Assembly (NCBI GenBank): GCA_050950145.1
Contig: JBMNHB010000001.1
Span: 208,511 to 272,510, forward strand
Reading direction: 5' to 3'
Length of the DNA: 64,000 nt
From: Candidatus Dojkabacteria bacterium
Lineage (GTDB): Bacteria; Patescibacteriota; Dojkabacteria; SC72
Below, one piece after another: positions 10,376 through 19,946 of this stretch. The notes beneath the pieces are model-generated. The model saw nothing but the letters and a program-made list of their open reading frames with translations, searched no databases and had not been told where the DNA came from. Numbering within the stretch: the stretch's first letter is position 1; every line of letters begins with the position of its first letter. Position numbers and translations under genes: made by a program.

Positions 10376-11347
10376 ATGATTAATCGTGAAAAGAACAAAC
10401 AATTTGTTTATAAAACAATCAACAGGGTTTTGGTAAACAAGTATTGTAAAAGGGAGAATAAGACAACTTTGGAACATAATTGCAATCTTGTCTCCATAAT
10501 AATGTTGAGTTTCAACAGAGTAGAAGAAACAATGTTTTCTATTAAAAATATATATAAGCATACAAAGATTTCTTTTGAATTAATACTTTTTGATAATAAT
10601 TCTGATAGTGAACAATTAGAACAATTGAGAAATTTTGTTAAAAAGTACCAGGGTATTACTCTTATAGAATCAAAAGAGAACTTGGGTTGTGCTGGTGGAA
10701 GAGTAAAAGCAGCTGAATCTGCTAAGGGTGATTATTATCTTTTCTTGGACAATGATATTGTTGTCACACCTTACTATTTGGAGAATCTTTTGAATACTAT
10801 TAATCTTGATGACAAGACCATAGCAACTTGTGCAAAAGTTATATTTCCCGACTTAACAATTCAGTTTAATGGAGGGACCTTAGTTAAAGATGATGATTTT
10901 TATAGATTTAATTTAGTTGATAGCTTTAAACTTTTTTGGGATCTGAGTACAACGGATAATTATATGCTTTGTCCCTGGATTCCAGGAGGTGCAACTCTTT
11001 GGAAGGCAAAGTATTATAAACAGTTTCCTATTGAACCCAAAATGAAAGGTAGTTTTGAGGACAATGAAGTGTCTTTACGAATAAATAAGGCTGGGTATCA
11101 TCTTAGGAATTGTCCTAAGGCTATAATGATTCACTACCATATAAACTTTAGAGATTTAATATATAAAGAAGAGGAGAAAAGATATATGTCTGGGAGGTAT
11201 AATAATGAAAGGACTATTAGTGCACTAAGATATTTTTGGAAGAAACATGGGAAGGCTTTTATATTTGACAATGAAGAAGCAACATATGGATTTCTTGGTG
11301 ATTACAGTAAAGAGAATATTATGAAATTTTTATCAAAGAAGAGTTAG
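10376..11347 (+). CDS. GT2-like glycosyltransferase
   Basis: VSIIMLSFNRVEET...FLDNDIVV has a GT-A fold DxD region. The true start may lie downstream of the tool-called start. Confidence 0.5.
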   Translation: MINREKNKQFVYKTINRVLVNKYCKRENKTTLEHNCNLVSIIMLSFNRVEETMFSIKNIYKHTKISFELILFDNNSDSEQLEQLRNFVKKYQGITLIESKENLGCAGGRVKAAESAKGDYYLFLDNDIVVTPYYLENLLNTINLDDKTIATCAKVIFPDLTIQFNGGTLVKDDDFYRFNLVDSFKLFWDLSTTDNYMLCPWIPGGATLWKAKYYKQFPIEPKMKGSFEDNEVSLRINKAGYHLRNCPKAIMIHYHINFRDLIYKEEEKRYMSGRYNNERTISALRYFWKKHGKAFIFDNEEATYGFLGDYSKENIMKFLSKKS

Positions 11348-11573
11348 TTCTATAACGACTATGTTCATTCTGAATAGATTAAAAAACTTACACAACAGAT
11401 ATAATGAACTAGGTTTCCCTAAGATTTTGTATTTCTATTTAAATAATATGTTTTTTGGGGAACAGACAAATTTTAATACTGGTTTATTAGTAAAATATCT
11501 GTTAACAGTGAATTGTTTTAAAAGAAAAAAGAAACAAGTTTAATGTGGTAAATAAAATGTCAGTAATAAAACA

Positions 11574-13535
11574 ATGAAAAAAGAAATTATAAGAGGAAGG
11601 AAATACTCATGGAAATTCGTTTTATTGATAGTAACTCCTGTGTTGTTATTTCTTCTTTCCTTATTACTTTCTAAGTATTTTCTACTTATTCGTATAATCT
11701 CTCTGATTCTTGTTTTCTTAGTTATAGGTATGAGTTTTGCAAAGTTTTTTAAGGAAACATTTAAGTATGAGAACCAACTTGATTTTATAATAAACTCCTT
11801 AGTCCTTGGAAGTTTCCTTAGTGTTTTCCTTCTTCTGATGTTGGGAATGATAGGAGTTGTCTATACCGATACTTTGTTAATTATCTTCTTCTCTGTTTTA
11901 TCTGTAACTAGCCTCTTGTATACTATTTTGAGTAAAAAAGATAGTGACTTAGAGAAATTTTTTGATAAAAGAATTCAATTATTAGACATCTTATGGGCTC
12001 TTCTTTTTCTTCTCTTGTTTTATCTTCTTATCCAAATATGCTTAGAACAATTTTTCCCTCATTGGGATAGCTTTACTTTCTGGGCAGTAGATTCAAAGTA
12101 CTTGTTTGAAAATATGCGACTTAGGGATGCGACATTTGATTTACTGGGTAATTTCTCTTACTCCTCTTTTTATCCTCTTTATTCTTTTCTAATTTACAAG
12201 GTTTTGGGAGGGATATACGAACAATTTGCAAGTATTATTACTGTTTATTTTGCTTTCCTTTCTTGTCTCCTTGTTTTCAAAAGAATCTATAAACAACCTT
12301 CTAAGAGACTTAAGTCTTTTCAATATCTTTTCTTACTACTTGTTCCTATTATTTTTCTTTCAATACAAAATATAATAGTAACTCTGTATGTAGATATCTT
12401 CTGTTCATTTTTAGTTCTTCTTTTTACAGCTGTTTTGTTGCAGTCGAGGGTAACTGTAGATGAATATTATAAGAGGCTTTTTCTTCTTTCAGTTATTGCG
12501 ATAGGTTTGTATCTTGCTAAGAGTCCGTATATGGTTGTCACCATATTTTTGTTATTAGTTTTTATTCTGTACGATATTAAATATTGGATTAAGAATTTTC
12601 AGCAACTAAAGAAAAAATATAGAGTAGTTCTTGTGATTATTGTTCTCTCTCTTTTCTTTATTATTCAACAAAAATATATTTCACAGTTCTGGGATGCAGG
12701 TGTTGCAGAAGTTACGAGTAAAATTACACGTATAGCATCATTGAAAGAGTATGTTTTACATATAGATAGCATACTAAAACTTATAATAGAAATTGCACCT
12801 TACATATCTTTTTTGTATATAGCTTTCTTTTGTTTTCTAACTTTTGGTTCTTTTAAAGCATCAAGAAAGACTAAGTACTTTTTAATTATATTAGTTCTTG
12901 GTACTCTTTTTTTACCAATTTTCTTTTATGTAATAAGATTGCGTAGTCTTACAAGTAAGAGTCTATTAAGATATATGGGAATAAGTTTTTTTGCTTGTTC
13001 TTACGCTTTCACTTATATGCGAATTAGAAGTTCTAAGAATAAAGAGATATTATACAATATCTTATTTGTATTATTTACTATACTTGCAGGACTATTTCTT
13101 CTTTCTCAAATTTATTTAAAATACAATCTTAACTTTAAGCTTGAACCTCACAGTGGTAGATATAAGGATTCTAGTGGTCACAAAAGTCTTTATGAGATTG
13201 TTGAAGGAGTTGAAGGATATTTATCTGAAGATTCTAAGGTGTTGATTATTGATCAGGAAAAGAAGGGACTTGGGAATATGGCGGTACCAGCAATCTGTGT
13301 ACGCTACTATCTTTCCAATTTTTCTACTGGAGGACAATATTCAGCATCACACAACAGAATAGGTAGTGTGATAAAGAAATCTGATGCCGATTATATATTA
13401 CTTCTAATATATGATGGTTATTGGTCACACTGTCCTGATCTTTTACTTGGAGAGACTTATTTGATTAAGAAAGAGGATTTAAACTTCTCTAATACTTGTC
13501 CTGTTGAAAACATTACTCATATTATTACTCCTTAG
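11574..13535 (+). CDS. Large polytopic membrane protein (more than 12 TM), putative GT-C-type glycosyltransferase or polymerase
   Basis: Extensive hydrophobic helices over 653 aa. Sits within the glycan locus. No specific family motif recognised. Confidence 0.45.
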   Translation: MKKEIIRGRKYSWKFVLLIVTPVLLFLLSLLLSKYFLLIRIISLILVFLVIGMSFAKFFKETFKYENQLDFIINSLVLGSFLSVFLLLMLGMIGVVYTDTLLIIFFSVLSVTSLLYTILSKKDSDLEKFFDKRIQLLDILWALLFLLLFYLLIQICLEQFFPHWDSFTFWAVDSKYLFENMRLRDATFDLLGNFSYSSFYPLYSFLIYKVLGGIYEQFASIITVYFAFLSCLLVFKRIYKQPSKRLKSFQYLFLLLVPIIFLSIQNIIVTLYVDIFCSFLVLLFTAVLLQSRVTVDEYYKRLFLLSVIAIGLYLAKSPYMVVTIFLLLVFILYDIKYWIKNFQQLKKKYRVVLVIIVLSLFFIIQQKYISQFWDAGVAEVTSKITRIASLKEYVLHIDSILKLIIEIAPYISFLYIAFFCFLTFGSFKASRKTKYFLIILVLGTLFLPIFFYVIRLRSLTSKSLLRYMGISFFACSYAFTYMRIRSSKNKEILYNILFVLFTILAGLFLLSQIYLKYNLNFKLEPHSGRYKDSSGHKSLYEIVEGVEGYLSEDSKVLIIDQEKKGLGNMAVPAICVRYYLSNFSTGGQYSASHNRIGSVIKKSDADYILLLIYDGYWSHCPDLLLGETYLIKKEDLNFSNTCPVENITHIITP

Positions 13536-13614
13536 GGGATGTCTCCTATCACTTTTGATATACTTGGTTTAATAAAGAAAGATTTGTTACATAATATTAA
13601 AAAAATAAAAGAGA

Positions 13615-15012
13615 ATGTTTAGTAAAGGAAATAACAAAGGTAGAGAAATTAGTTGGGAAAGAGTATTGTTAATTTTAATATTTCTTAGTTTCTTACTTCA
13701 AACGCTTTTCTTTATTTTCTATCTTTCACAGTATTTTGGTCCAGATGAGGCATATCATTATAATGTCTCTATTGCATATTCAAAAGTGTTTGGAATCCCC
13801 AAAAATTCTTCAGAGACTTTCTTGTATGGTGATATAACAAGGATTCCTTTTCTTTTCTATTGGTTGAGTGGAAGATTTATAAACATTGCTAATATTCTTA
13901 AGATAGACTCTTTCATATTACTTAGATTTTTGAGTTTGTTGTATTCTCTTGTTACTATGTTTTTTGTGTGGTTAATTAGTAAAGATGTTATTAAGGAGAA
14001 ATATTATAGAGTTCTTCCCGTCTTTATGCTTGCAAATACAATGATGTTTAGTTTTTTAGGTGGAGTGGTGACTTATGATACTTTGGTGAATTTGTTTCTT
14101 GTAATATCCTTTTGGTCGTTATTGCTTTATCTAAAACAAGATAGTAAATGTACAAAGTATTTACTAATTTGGATTGCTACTTCTTTGTTAGCATGTGCAA
14201 CTAAATTTCCTGCATTACCATTTGTGTTTTTAGGATTTGTAGTGATTCTTTTTTTTGTGTGTAAAAACAAGATTAAATTTTGGAAAGAATTATCAAACCC
14301 AAAGATTATTTTTCCTATAATTTTTATATGCTTTTTCATCTTAATTAACTTTTACATATATGGAATCAATATTTTAAGGTATAAAAGGGTAACACCTGTT
14401 TGTAATCAGGTTATGCAACATGAAGAATGTTTGAACAACGCTATTTACAGAAGATCCTTTGTGTATGAGGAAACAGGTATTCAGTCAAGGGAAGGAAAGA
14501 GGATAAGAGATCTACTATTAACTGATGAGCGAATGAATCCATTTGATTTTTTCTTTGATTGGGAGGCTAGTATATCTCCTCGTTTATATGGGATTTTTTC
14601 CCATAGTTCAATTACTTTTCCTCGTAATTTCTCTTTTGTTTATACATTAGTGTTTCTTCTGCTTATGATACCGTTTATTAGATATATAAAGAAATCAGAT
14701 AAACAGATAGTTGTTGCATTCTTTTTAGTGCTAGGTTATGTATTAGTTTTAGCCTTTTTCCAACATTATTATTGGTATTTGAAGATGAACAGATTAAATA
14801 TCGCGATGCAGGGTAGGTATCTTCTTCCTGTAATACCAGCAGCTTATTTGATTGAAGTGTGGTCTTTGACAAAGATAAGAAATGATAGGTTTAAGAAATT
14901 AATCTTAATAGTGATTTTATTAATCTTCTTATGTGGTAATGTTTTTATATTTACCAAATCTATTATCTATGGAGGGGCTGAGTGGTATCCTAATTTATTT
15001 AATTCTATCTAG
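13615..15012 (+). CDS. GT-C fold membrane glycosyltransferase (PMT_2/ArnT-like, lipid-carrier dependent)
   Basis: YFGPDEAYHYNVS lies in the first external loop and resembles the DE motif of GT39/GT83-type enzymes. Multiple TM helices. Confidence 0.5.
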   Translation: MFSKGNNKGREISWERVLLILIFLSFLLQTLFFIFYLSQYFGPDEAYHYNVSIAYSKVFGIPKNSSETFLYGDITRIPFLFYWLSGRFINIANILKIDSFILLRFLSLLYSLVTMFFVWLISKDVIKEKYYRVLPVFMLANTMMFSFLGGVVTYDTLVNLFLVISFWSLLLYLKQDSKCTKYLLIWIATSLLACATKFPALPFVFLGFVVILFFVCKNKIKFWKELSNPKIIFPIIFICFFILINFYIYGINILRYKRVTPVCNQVMQHEECLNNAIYRRSFVYEETGIQSREGKRIRDLLLTDERMNPFDFFFDWEASISPRLYGIFSHSSITFPRNFSFVYTLVFLLLMIPFIRYIKKSDKQIVVAFFLVLGYVLVLAFFQHYYWYLKMNRLNIAMQGRYLLPVIPAAYLIEVWSLTKIRNDRFKKLILIVILLIFLCGNVFIFTKSIIYGGAEWYPNLFNSI

Positions 15013-16718
15013 CGATTTTCCACTCTTCCTTTTGTGTATCTATCAATAAAATGTCTTAGTTTCCTTTTGAGTTTTCTATAAATCGTTAACATCTTCCATA
15101 TTTTCCCTTTTTTAAACCCTTTGAATTCGTTGGATATTGCAATATGAGTAAGGAGATGCCGATTATTGGTTAAAAGATGTTGATATGTATTTTTATCTAA
15201 TACACCTTTGTTAATAATCTCAGAAAGAAAAGTGACATAACTATAATTCCAATGTGTTCTATCTTCTTTCAGTACGGTATTACCTCCGTGATATGATATC
15301 CCAGCGAAACTAATCTTTGTACTTATATTATCGTAATGAGGTATTGTTAAAAGTGATATGGCATAATCTTCATAATAATCTCCTTGAAGTTTGGAACTTT
15401 CAAAAACATCTTTCAAGATTTCTGTTTTGTATATTACAGAACATATAGGAAGGAAATTGTTTCCAGTAATGATTTCCTCAGCCAAATTCGAAGAGTATGT
15501 TTCCTGTACTTTTGATTTCATAGGAATCTCTGATAGGTTGTCCCATTTTTCATTAAATACTACAGAGTTCCCAATAATAATTTCATTTTTATAAAGTAGG
15601 TATGGTAAGTGTTTTGCTATGTCTGGAAATACAAAGTCATCATAATCTACAATCCAAGAGTATGAATTTGGATTTATAGAATAACAATGATTTACTGCAT
15701 TGACTAGTGCAGCAACGCGTGGGTATCTCCCATTAGTATTGTCTAAATAAATATCAGTAATGCTAATTGTTGAAAATTCTTTCTTGATTCTTTGCACAAA
15801 AGGAGTAATTTCTTTCTTTGAGATGTTATTTATCGATAGTACTACATTGATTTGAATGTTTTTAGGTAAATCTGATTGAAGAGTATTTATTGAACGAAGT
15901 AACCTAATAATTTTAGAAGATTCTCTATGCATTCTTACAATAATATTTAGCCTCCCACTTTTTTCTTTGAAAATATCTTTTATTAGGTTGTCAACAATAG
16001 TTTCAAAACTCTTTTTTGTTCTTTTTCTGGAAGAAAGGTCTTCATAATCCTGGAATATAGGGATATTATCGTTAATGGAAGTAATTGTGTGGTTGGAAAA
16101 ACTTTCTCTAAAGTAATTTTGAATATCTTTTTCTTTGATAGCCTTTTTAAATGCTTTGTAGTTACCACTGCTAGAATGTATTACATATAGCCAAGGAGAA
16201 ATAAGACATGCTAATCCCTTTTTGTATGATTCCGAGCAAAGGATTAAATCGTAAAGATGATAACCTTTTATTTCTTTAGGAAGAGATATTTCTTTTTCTC
16301 GTAAGCTTTTAATATTTAGAAGAAGGGTGTTTCCATCAAGACTTTCTGCTATTACAGGATTCTTGTATTTAGGTGGTAAGTATGTCGTATGTGGATCAGA
16401 TAAAAGGGTATGTATATTCTTAGATAGATACTCTACACCTGCATTTCCTATTACGCCCCAATTTTCTTCTCCAATGTAACTATTGACACTGTTAATACAG
16501 TTTGCAACATTAGTATCAATAGTTTCTGGTAATATCACATCATCGTGGCAGATTAAAGCGTAGTCACTCTTGCACTCTTTTATGATTTGATTAATAAAAG
16601 TAAAAAGATCTATTCCCGTTGTTAAAACTGAATGAGGTAGGGAATATTGCTTTTCCTCGTCCCTAATTCTTCTTATAGTTTCCTTATCTCTGCATAGTCT
16701 GTAAGTTTGGTAGGTCAT
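15009..16718 (-). CDS. Hypothetical glycan-locus protein (possible GT-A-like) with a conserved basic C-terminal helix
   Basis: ICHDDVILPETID is DXD-like. The C-terminal FKGFKKGKIWKMLTIYRKLKRK motif is shared with neighbouring enzymes. Confidence 0.4.
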   Translation of the reverse strand: MTYQTYRLCRDKETIRRIRDEEKQYSLPHSVLTTGIDLFTFINQIIKECKSDYALICHDDVILPETIDTNVANCINSVNSYIGEENWGVIGNAGVEYLSKNIHTLLSDPHTTYLPPKYKNPVIAESLDGNTLLLNIKSLREKEISLPKEIKGYHLYDLILCSESYKKGLACLISPWLYVIHSSSGNYKAFKKAIKEKDIQNYFRESFSNHTITSINDNIPIFQDYEDLSSRKRTKKSFETIVDNLIKDIFKEKSGRLNIIVRMHRESSKIIRLLRSINTLQSDLPKNIQINVVLSINNISKKEITPFVQRIKKEFSTISITDIYLDNTNGRYPRVAALVNAVNHCYSINPNSYSWIVDYDDFVFPDIAKHLPYLLYKNEIIIGNSVVFNEKWDNLSEIPMKSKVQETYSSNLAEEIITGNNFLPICSVIYKTEILKDVFESSKLQGDYYEDYAISLLTIPHYDNISTKISFAGISYHGGNTVLKEDRTHWNYSYVTFLSEIINKGVLDKNTYQHLLTNNRHLLTHIAISNEFKGFKKGKIWKMLTIYRKLKRKLRHFIDRYTKGRVENR

Positions 16719-16720
16719 TT

Positions 16721-17602
16721 TTATTTTGGATGTTCTGAAAATTTATTATATCCATAAATTTTTATTCTTTCATTACAATATGTGGGAACCATAATTCTTT
16801 CTGGCTCGTTTTTATTCATCAATTCTTCAAAATTCTCAATTGCTTTATTTCTAAATTCTTTAGGATAAGAGGTTTTACTTATCCATTCCTTTGCTTTTTT
16901 AACACCTTTCGCTCCAAAGTATATGTAAGATATGTATAAGAAATTCCTCATACTCCAGAAATCTTCTATTTCGTACGAGTTTTGATTATATCTAAAGTAT
17001 ATACCTGTGTAGTGGTATACTACTGCTCTTGGATTTTGTACAACCTTGTACTCATTAATCCAAGCTTTCCAACTTAAATCTACATCTTCTAAGTACATCC
17101 AGTAATTTGGATCAAAACCATTTACTTTTTCAAAGAAAAGACTATTAATTAGTAAACAACATCCTGAAGCCCAATTTGTTTCAAAAGTTTCTTCTTTTGG
17201 GGTGTCTTTAGGATGTGTAAAAGGTAATTGTCGTGCCTCCACTAACGCTACATCCTTTTTAAAAGAACTTACTAATTCTTTCAAACAATTCTTATCCATA
17301 TAAATATCAGGGTTGATTATTAGAAAGAATTTATGTGGCTTTGTTTTGTAAAATGCAAAGTTATGAGATTCTCCAAATCCTAATGCTTTGTTAGGATATA
17401 AAATATTTATATCGAGTTTATTACTTTTGATATCCTCTTTAGAGAAAGTTTTCTTTCCAGTGTAATCAACAAGAGTTAAGAGTATTTTGTTTCTAATAGT
17501 TTGTTTTTCTAAAGAAGGAATTAACAAATTGTTTACCTCTTTGAGTCTTGACTTTGAGGCAGAACAGAATATATGTATAGTATTATTATCAGCCCTTTTC
17601 AT
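16721..17602 (-). CDS. Putative GT-A-type glycosyltransferase
   Basis: FLIINPDIYMD... region. Adjacent to the preceding ORF (2-nt gap), in an operon with other GT/MTase genes. Confidence 0.4.
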   Translation of the reverse strand: MKRADNNTIHIFCSASKSRLKEVNNLLIPSLEKQTIRNKILLTLVDYTGKKTFSKEDIKSNKLDINILYPNKALGFGESHNFAFYKTKPHKFFLIINPDIYMDKNCLKELVSSFKKDVALVEARQLPFTHPKDTPKEETFETNWASGCCLLINSLFFEKVNGFDPNYWMYLEDVDLSWKAWINEYKVVQNPRAVVYHYTGIYFRYNQNSYEIEDFWSMRNFLYISYIYFGAKGVKKAKEWISKTSYPKEFRNKAIENFEELMNKNEPERIMVPTYCNERIKIYGYNKFSEHPK

Positions 17603-17663
17603 TTACCTTGTACTTTTTTATAAAATGAAATCAATATAAATTCTCTGTTTTTATTTTAGCACA

Positions 17664-18614
17664 TTATTCTTTTGAATATGGTTCTTTCTTTGTATTTGTA
17701 AATAAGTTTTTAAACTTCCTCCAAATATCTAGAAGTCTCCAAATAACACCTTTCTTAAAGGATCTAAACTCTTCTACTTCACTTTTGTATTCTTCAATCA
17801 GTATATCTTTTTTTTGTATAGCCTTATCTTTTCTTTCTATTATCTTATCTTTTTCTTCAATCATTTTTTCTTTCCCTCTTAGTGTTTTATGTGTTTTAAC
17901 AAGTTCTTTTTGTAGTTCCTTGTTCGAATACTCTAAATCCTGATTCTTTGAAAGAGTTGTATAGTAAAGAAAGAGGTTTTTCTTAATATCTTTAATATTG
18001 TTATTTAAAAATATAACTCCTAAACCATGATAATGTTCGAATGTTATTGTATTTTTATATTTCTTTTTTAACTCATCCCACAACTTATACACACCAAAAT
18101 CATCTTTAGTCTCACACACATCATGGAACATTATAATACCTGTATTTTTATTTACTTTAGGTAACCATGTTTCAAAATCATGTTTAACAGCCTCATATGT
18201 ATGTAAACCATCAATATGTAATATATCTATACTATTATCTTTAAACTTCTTTACAGCATCATTAAAAAGCATCTTATGTGGGATTACCTGTACGTTTTTG
18301 TAATACTCTTGTGATATCCTTAAAAACTCTTCATATACATCTTTACCATAATATCCTGCCTGGGAATCTCCTTCCCATGTATCTACCCCATGTAATTCTG
18401 TTTTAAGTTTTCCGTCTTTTATAGCTTGTGCCATTGAGAAGAGGGAGTTTCCTTTGTGAGTTCCTAGTTCTACTACAACTTTAGGTTTGGCATTTCTAAC
18501 AAGGTCGTATGCAAAGAAATAGTGTCCACTCCATGCAGAAGATATTAGTGGTAAATCTTTTGTAAATTCGAAAGTAGGGGAGTAGTATGTCCATTTGTTT
18601 TTTTCTAAATTCAT
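17664..18614 (-). CDS. Class I SAM-dependent methyltransferase (TylF/CmcI-like) with a C-terminal coiled-coil/basic helix
   Basis: KPKVVVELGTHKGNSLFSMAQAI motif I region. C-terminal FRSFKKGVIWRLLDIWRKFK motif. Confidence 0.5.
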   Translation of the reverse strand: MNLEKNKWTYYSPTFEFTKDLPLISSAWSGHYFFAYDLVRNAKPKVVVELGTHKGNSLFSMAQAIKDGKLKTELHGVDTWEGDSQAGYYGKDVYEEFLRISQEYYKNVQVIPHKMLFNDAVKKFKDNSIDILHIDGLHTYEAVKHDFETWLPKVNKNTGIIMFHDVCETKDDFGVYKLWDELKKKYKNTITFEHYHGLGVIFLNNNIKDIKKNLFLYYTTLSKNQDLEYSNKELQKELVKTHKTLRGKEKMIEEKDKIIERKDKAIQKKDILIEEYKSEVEEFRSFKKGVIWRLLDIWRKFKNLFTNTKKEPYSKE

Positions 18615-18734
18615 TCCTAATTCTATTGTTTTATATCTTTTATTACAAGTTCTTTTCTGTTATTATTTTTATATTAGGTTTGAAATAACTTTTTAAAAGA
18701 AGAAAATAATAGATATCGATACTTATAGACAATA

Positions 18735-19829
18735 ATGGATAAAAAAACAATATACACAATATCTTCTGTGAAAGATGAAGCAGATATTATTGAGAGTCTT
18801 GTTCGTTATACTCTTAATTTTGCAGATGGGATGGTAATAAATGAGAATGGAAGTACAGATAATACATTGGCTATATTAAAACAGTTAAAATCAGAAGGTT
18901 TAAATATAGATATAATAGAAGATACAAAATCAGAGTATGTTGAACTTGAAAAGAAAAAAGAACTCCTAAACTATGTTATGAAGAAATACTCTCCAGATTG
19001 GGTACTATGTTTAGATGCAGACGAGTTTCTCTTTGAGATTGATTATAAAAATCCTAGAAATGCTATTTTATCCTTAAATCCTCTAGAAGAAAATCAAATT
19101 CTATGGAGAACATTTGTTTTGAATGGGGATGAAAAAAAAGAGGAACAATTTATTCCTAAGAGAGTATTGTATAGAAGAGATGAGAGTTGTGAAGAGTTTG
19201 CTAAAGCAGTAATTTCCAAAGAGTTGTATAAAAAGGGCTGTTTATTTAGCTTAGGAGCTCATACTCTTTACGGTTCTGAATTTGCTTCTAAAGTAAACTA
19301 TCCTAAAGATTTATTCTTGGGACACTATCCTGTCAGATCTATCAATCAATTAACGGCAAGAATAATATCTGGGGCACTGAATGTACTTGCACAAGATTCG
19401 CGAGAGTCAGGAAGGAATTTCCATCATTTTGAGATGCTAGATAAAATCATTCAGAATGGTTGTATTGATAAGGAGACCTTATGCAAGGAATCTCTTTATT
19501 ATGCTATTAGTGATAAAAGCATCGACATAAAAAAGGAGTTGAAACCATTGGATGTCTCTTTTTGTAAGGGGTTAGATATGAAGTATTCGCCAAAGGAACC
19601 ACAGAGTTCGCTTAGTATAGCATTATCTATTGGAACAACCTTGATAGAAAAACTAAGGGTGGAAAAGGAAATTTTACATAATGAAAAAGTGTTTTTGGAG
19701 AATGAGCTGTCAAAGAAAGAAAAAGAACTAGAAGAGATAAAAGCTTTGTTTCATAAAACTATTTCTAGTAGAGGATGGATTTTTCTTGAGAAGTTAAGAA
19801 AGATTAAAAGGTGGGTTAAGAAATCTTAA
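18735..19829 (+). CDS. GT2-like glycosyltransferase (Glyco_tranf_2_4-like) with C-terminal coiled coil
   Basis: DWVLCLDADEFL motif, plus a C-terminal heptad-rich region ending in the basic helix RGWIFLEKLRKIKRWVKK. Confidence 0.55.
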   Translation: MDKKTIYTISSVKDEADIIESLVRYTLNFADGMVINENGSTDNTLAILKQLKSEGLNIDIIEDTKSEYVELEKKKELLNYVMKKYSPDWVLCLDADEFLFEIDYKNPRNAILSLNPLEENQILWRTFVLNGDEKKEEQFIPKRVLYRRDESCEEFAKAVISKELYKKGCLFSLGAHTLYGSEFASKVNYPKDLFLGHYPVRSINQLTARIISGALNVLAQDSRESGRNFHHFEMLDKIIQNGCIDKETLCKESLYYAISDKSIDIKKELKPLDVSFCKGLDMKYSPKEPQSSLSIALSIGTTLIEKLRVEKEILHNEKVFLENELSKKEKELEEIKALFHKTISSRGWIFLEKLRKIKRWVKKS

Positions 19830-19946
19830 TGTCTGTTGTTATATTTCTTCTCCTATAAAGCATATCCAATCTCCCCTTCACATCCTCTCATTTATTTAGT
19901 ACCCTATAATGGTTAGGATATCTAAATTTATTTACTCTTAAATAAT

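Noticed and set aside
11361-11543. 60-aa ORF between the GT2 and the large membrane protein
   Set aside because: It is short, has no motif, and the region is AT-rich; it is likely intergenic. The same applies to 4529-4711, 5003-5293, 10370-10561, 25916-26125, 34478-34660, 44528-44713, 45238-45435, 51790-51984 and 63359-63595.
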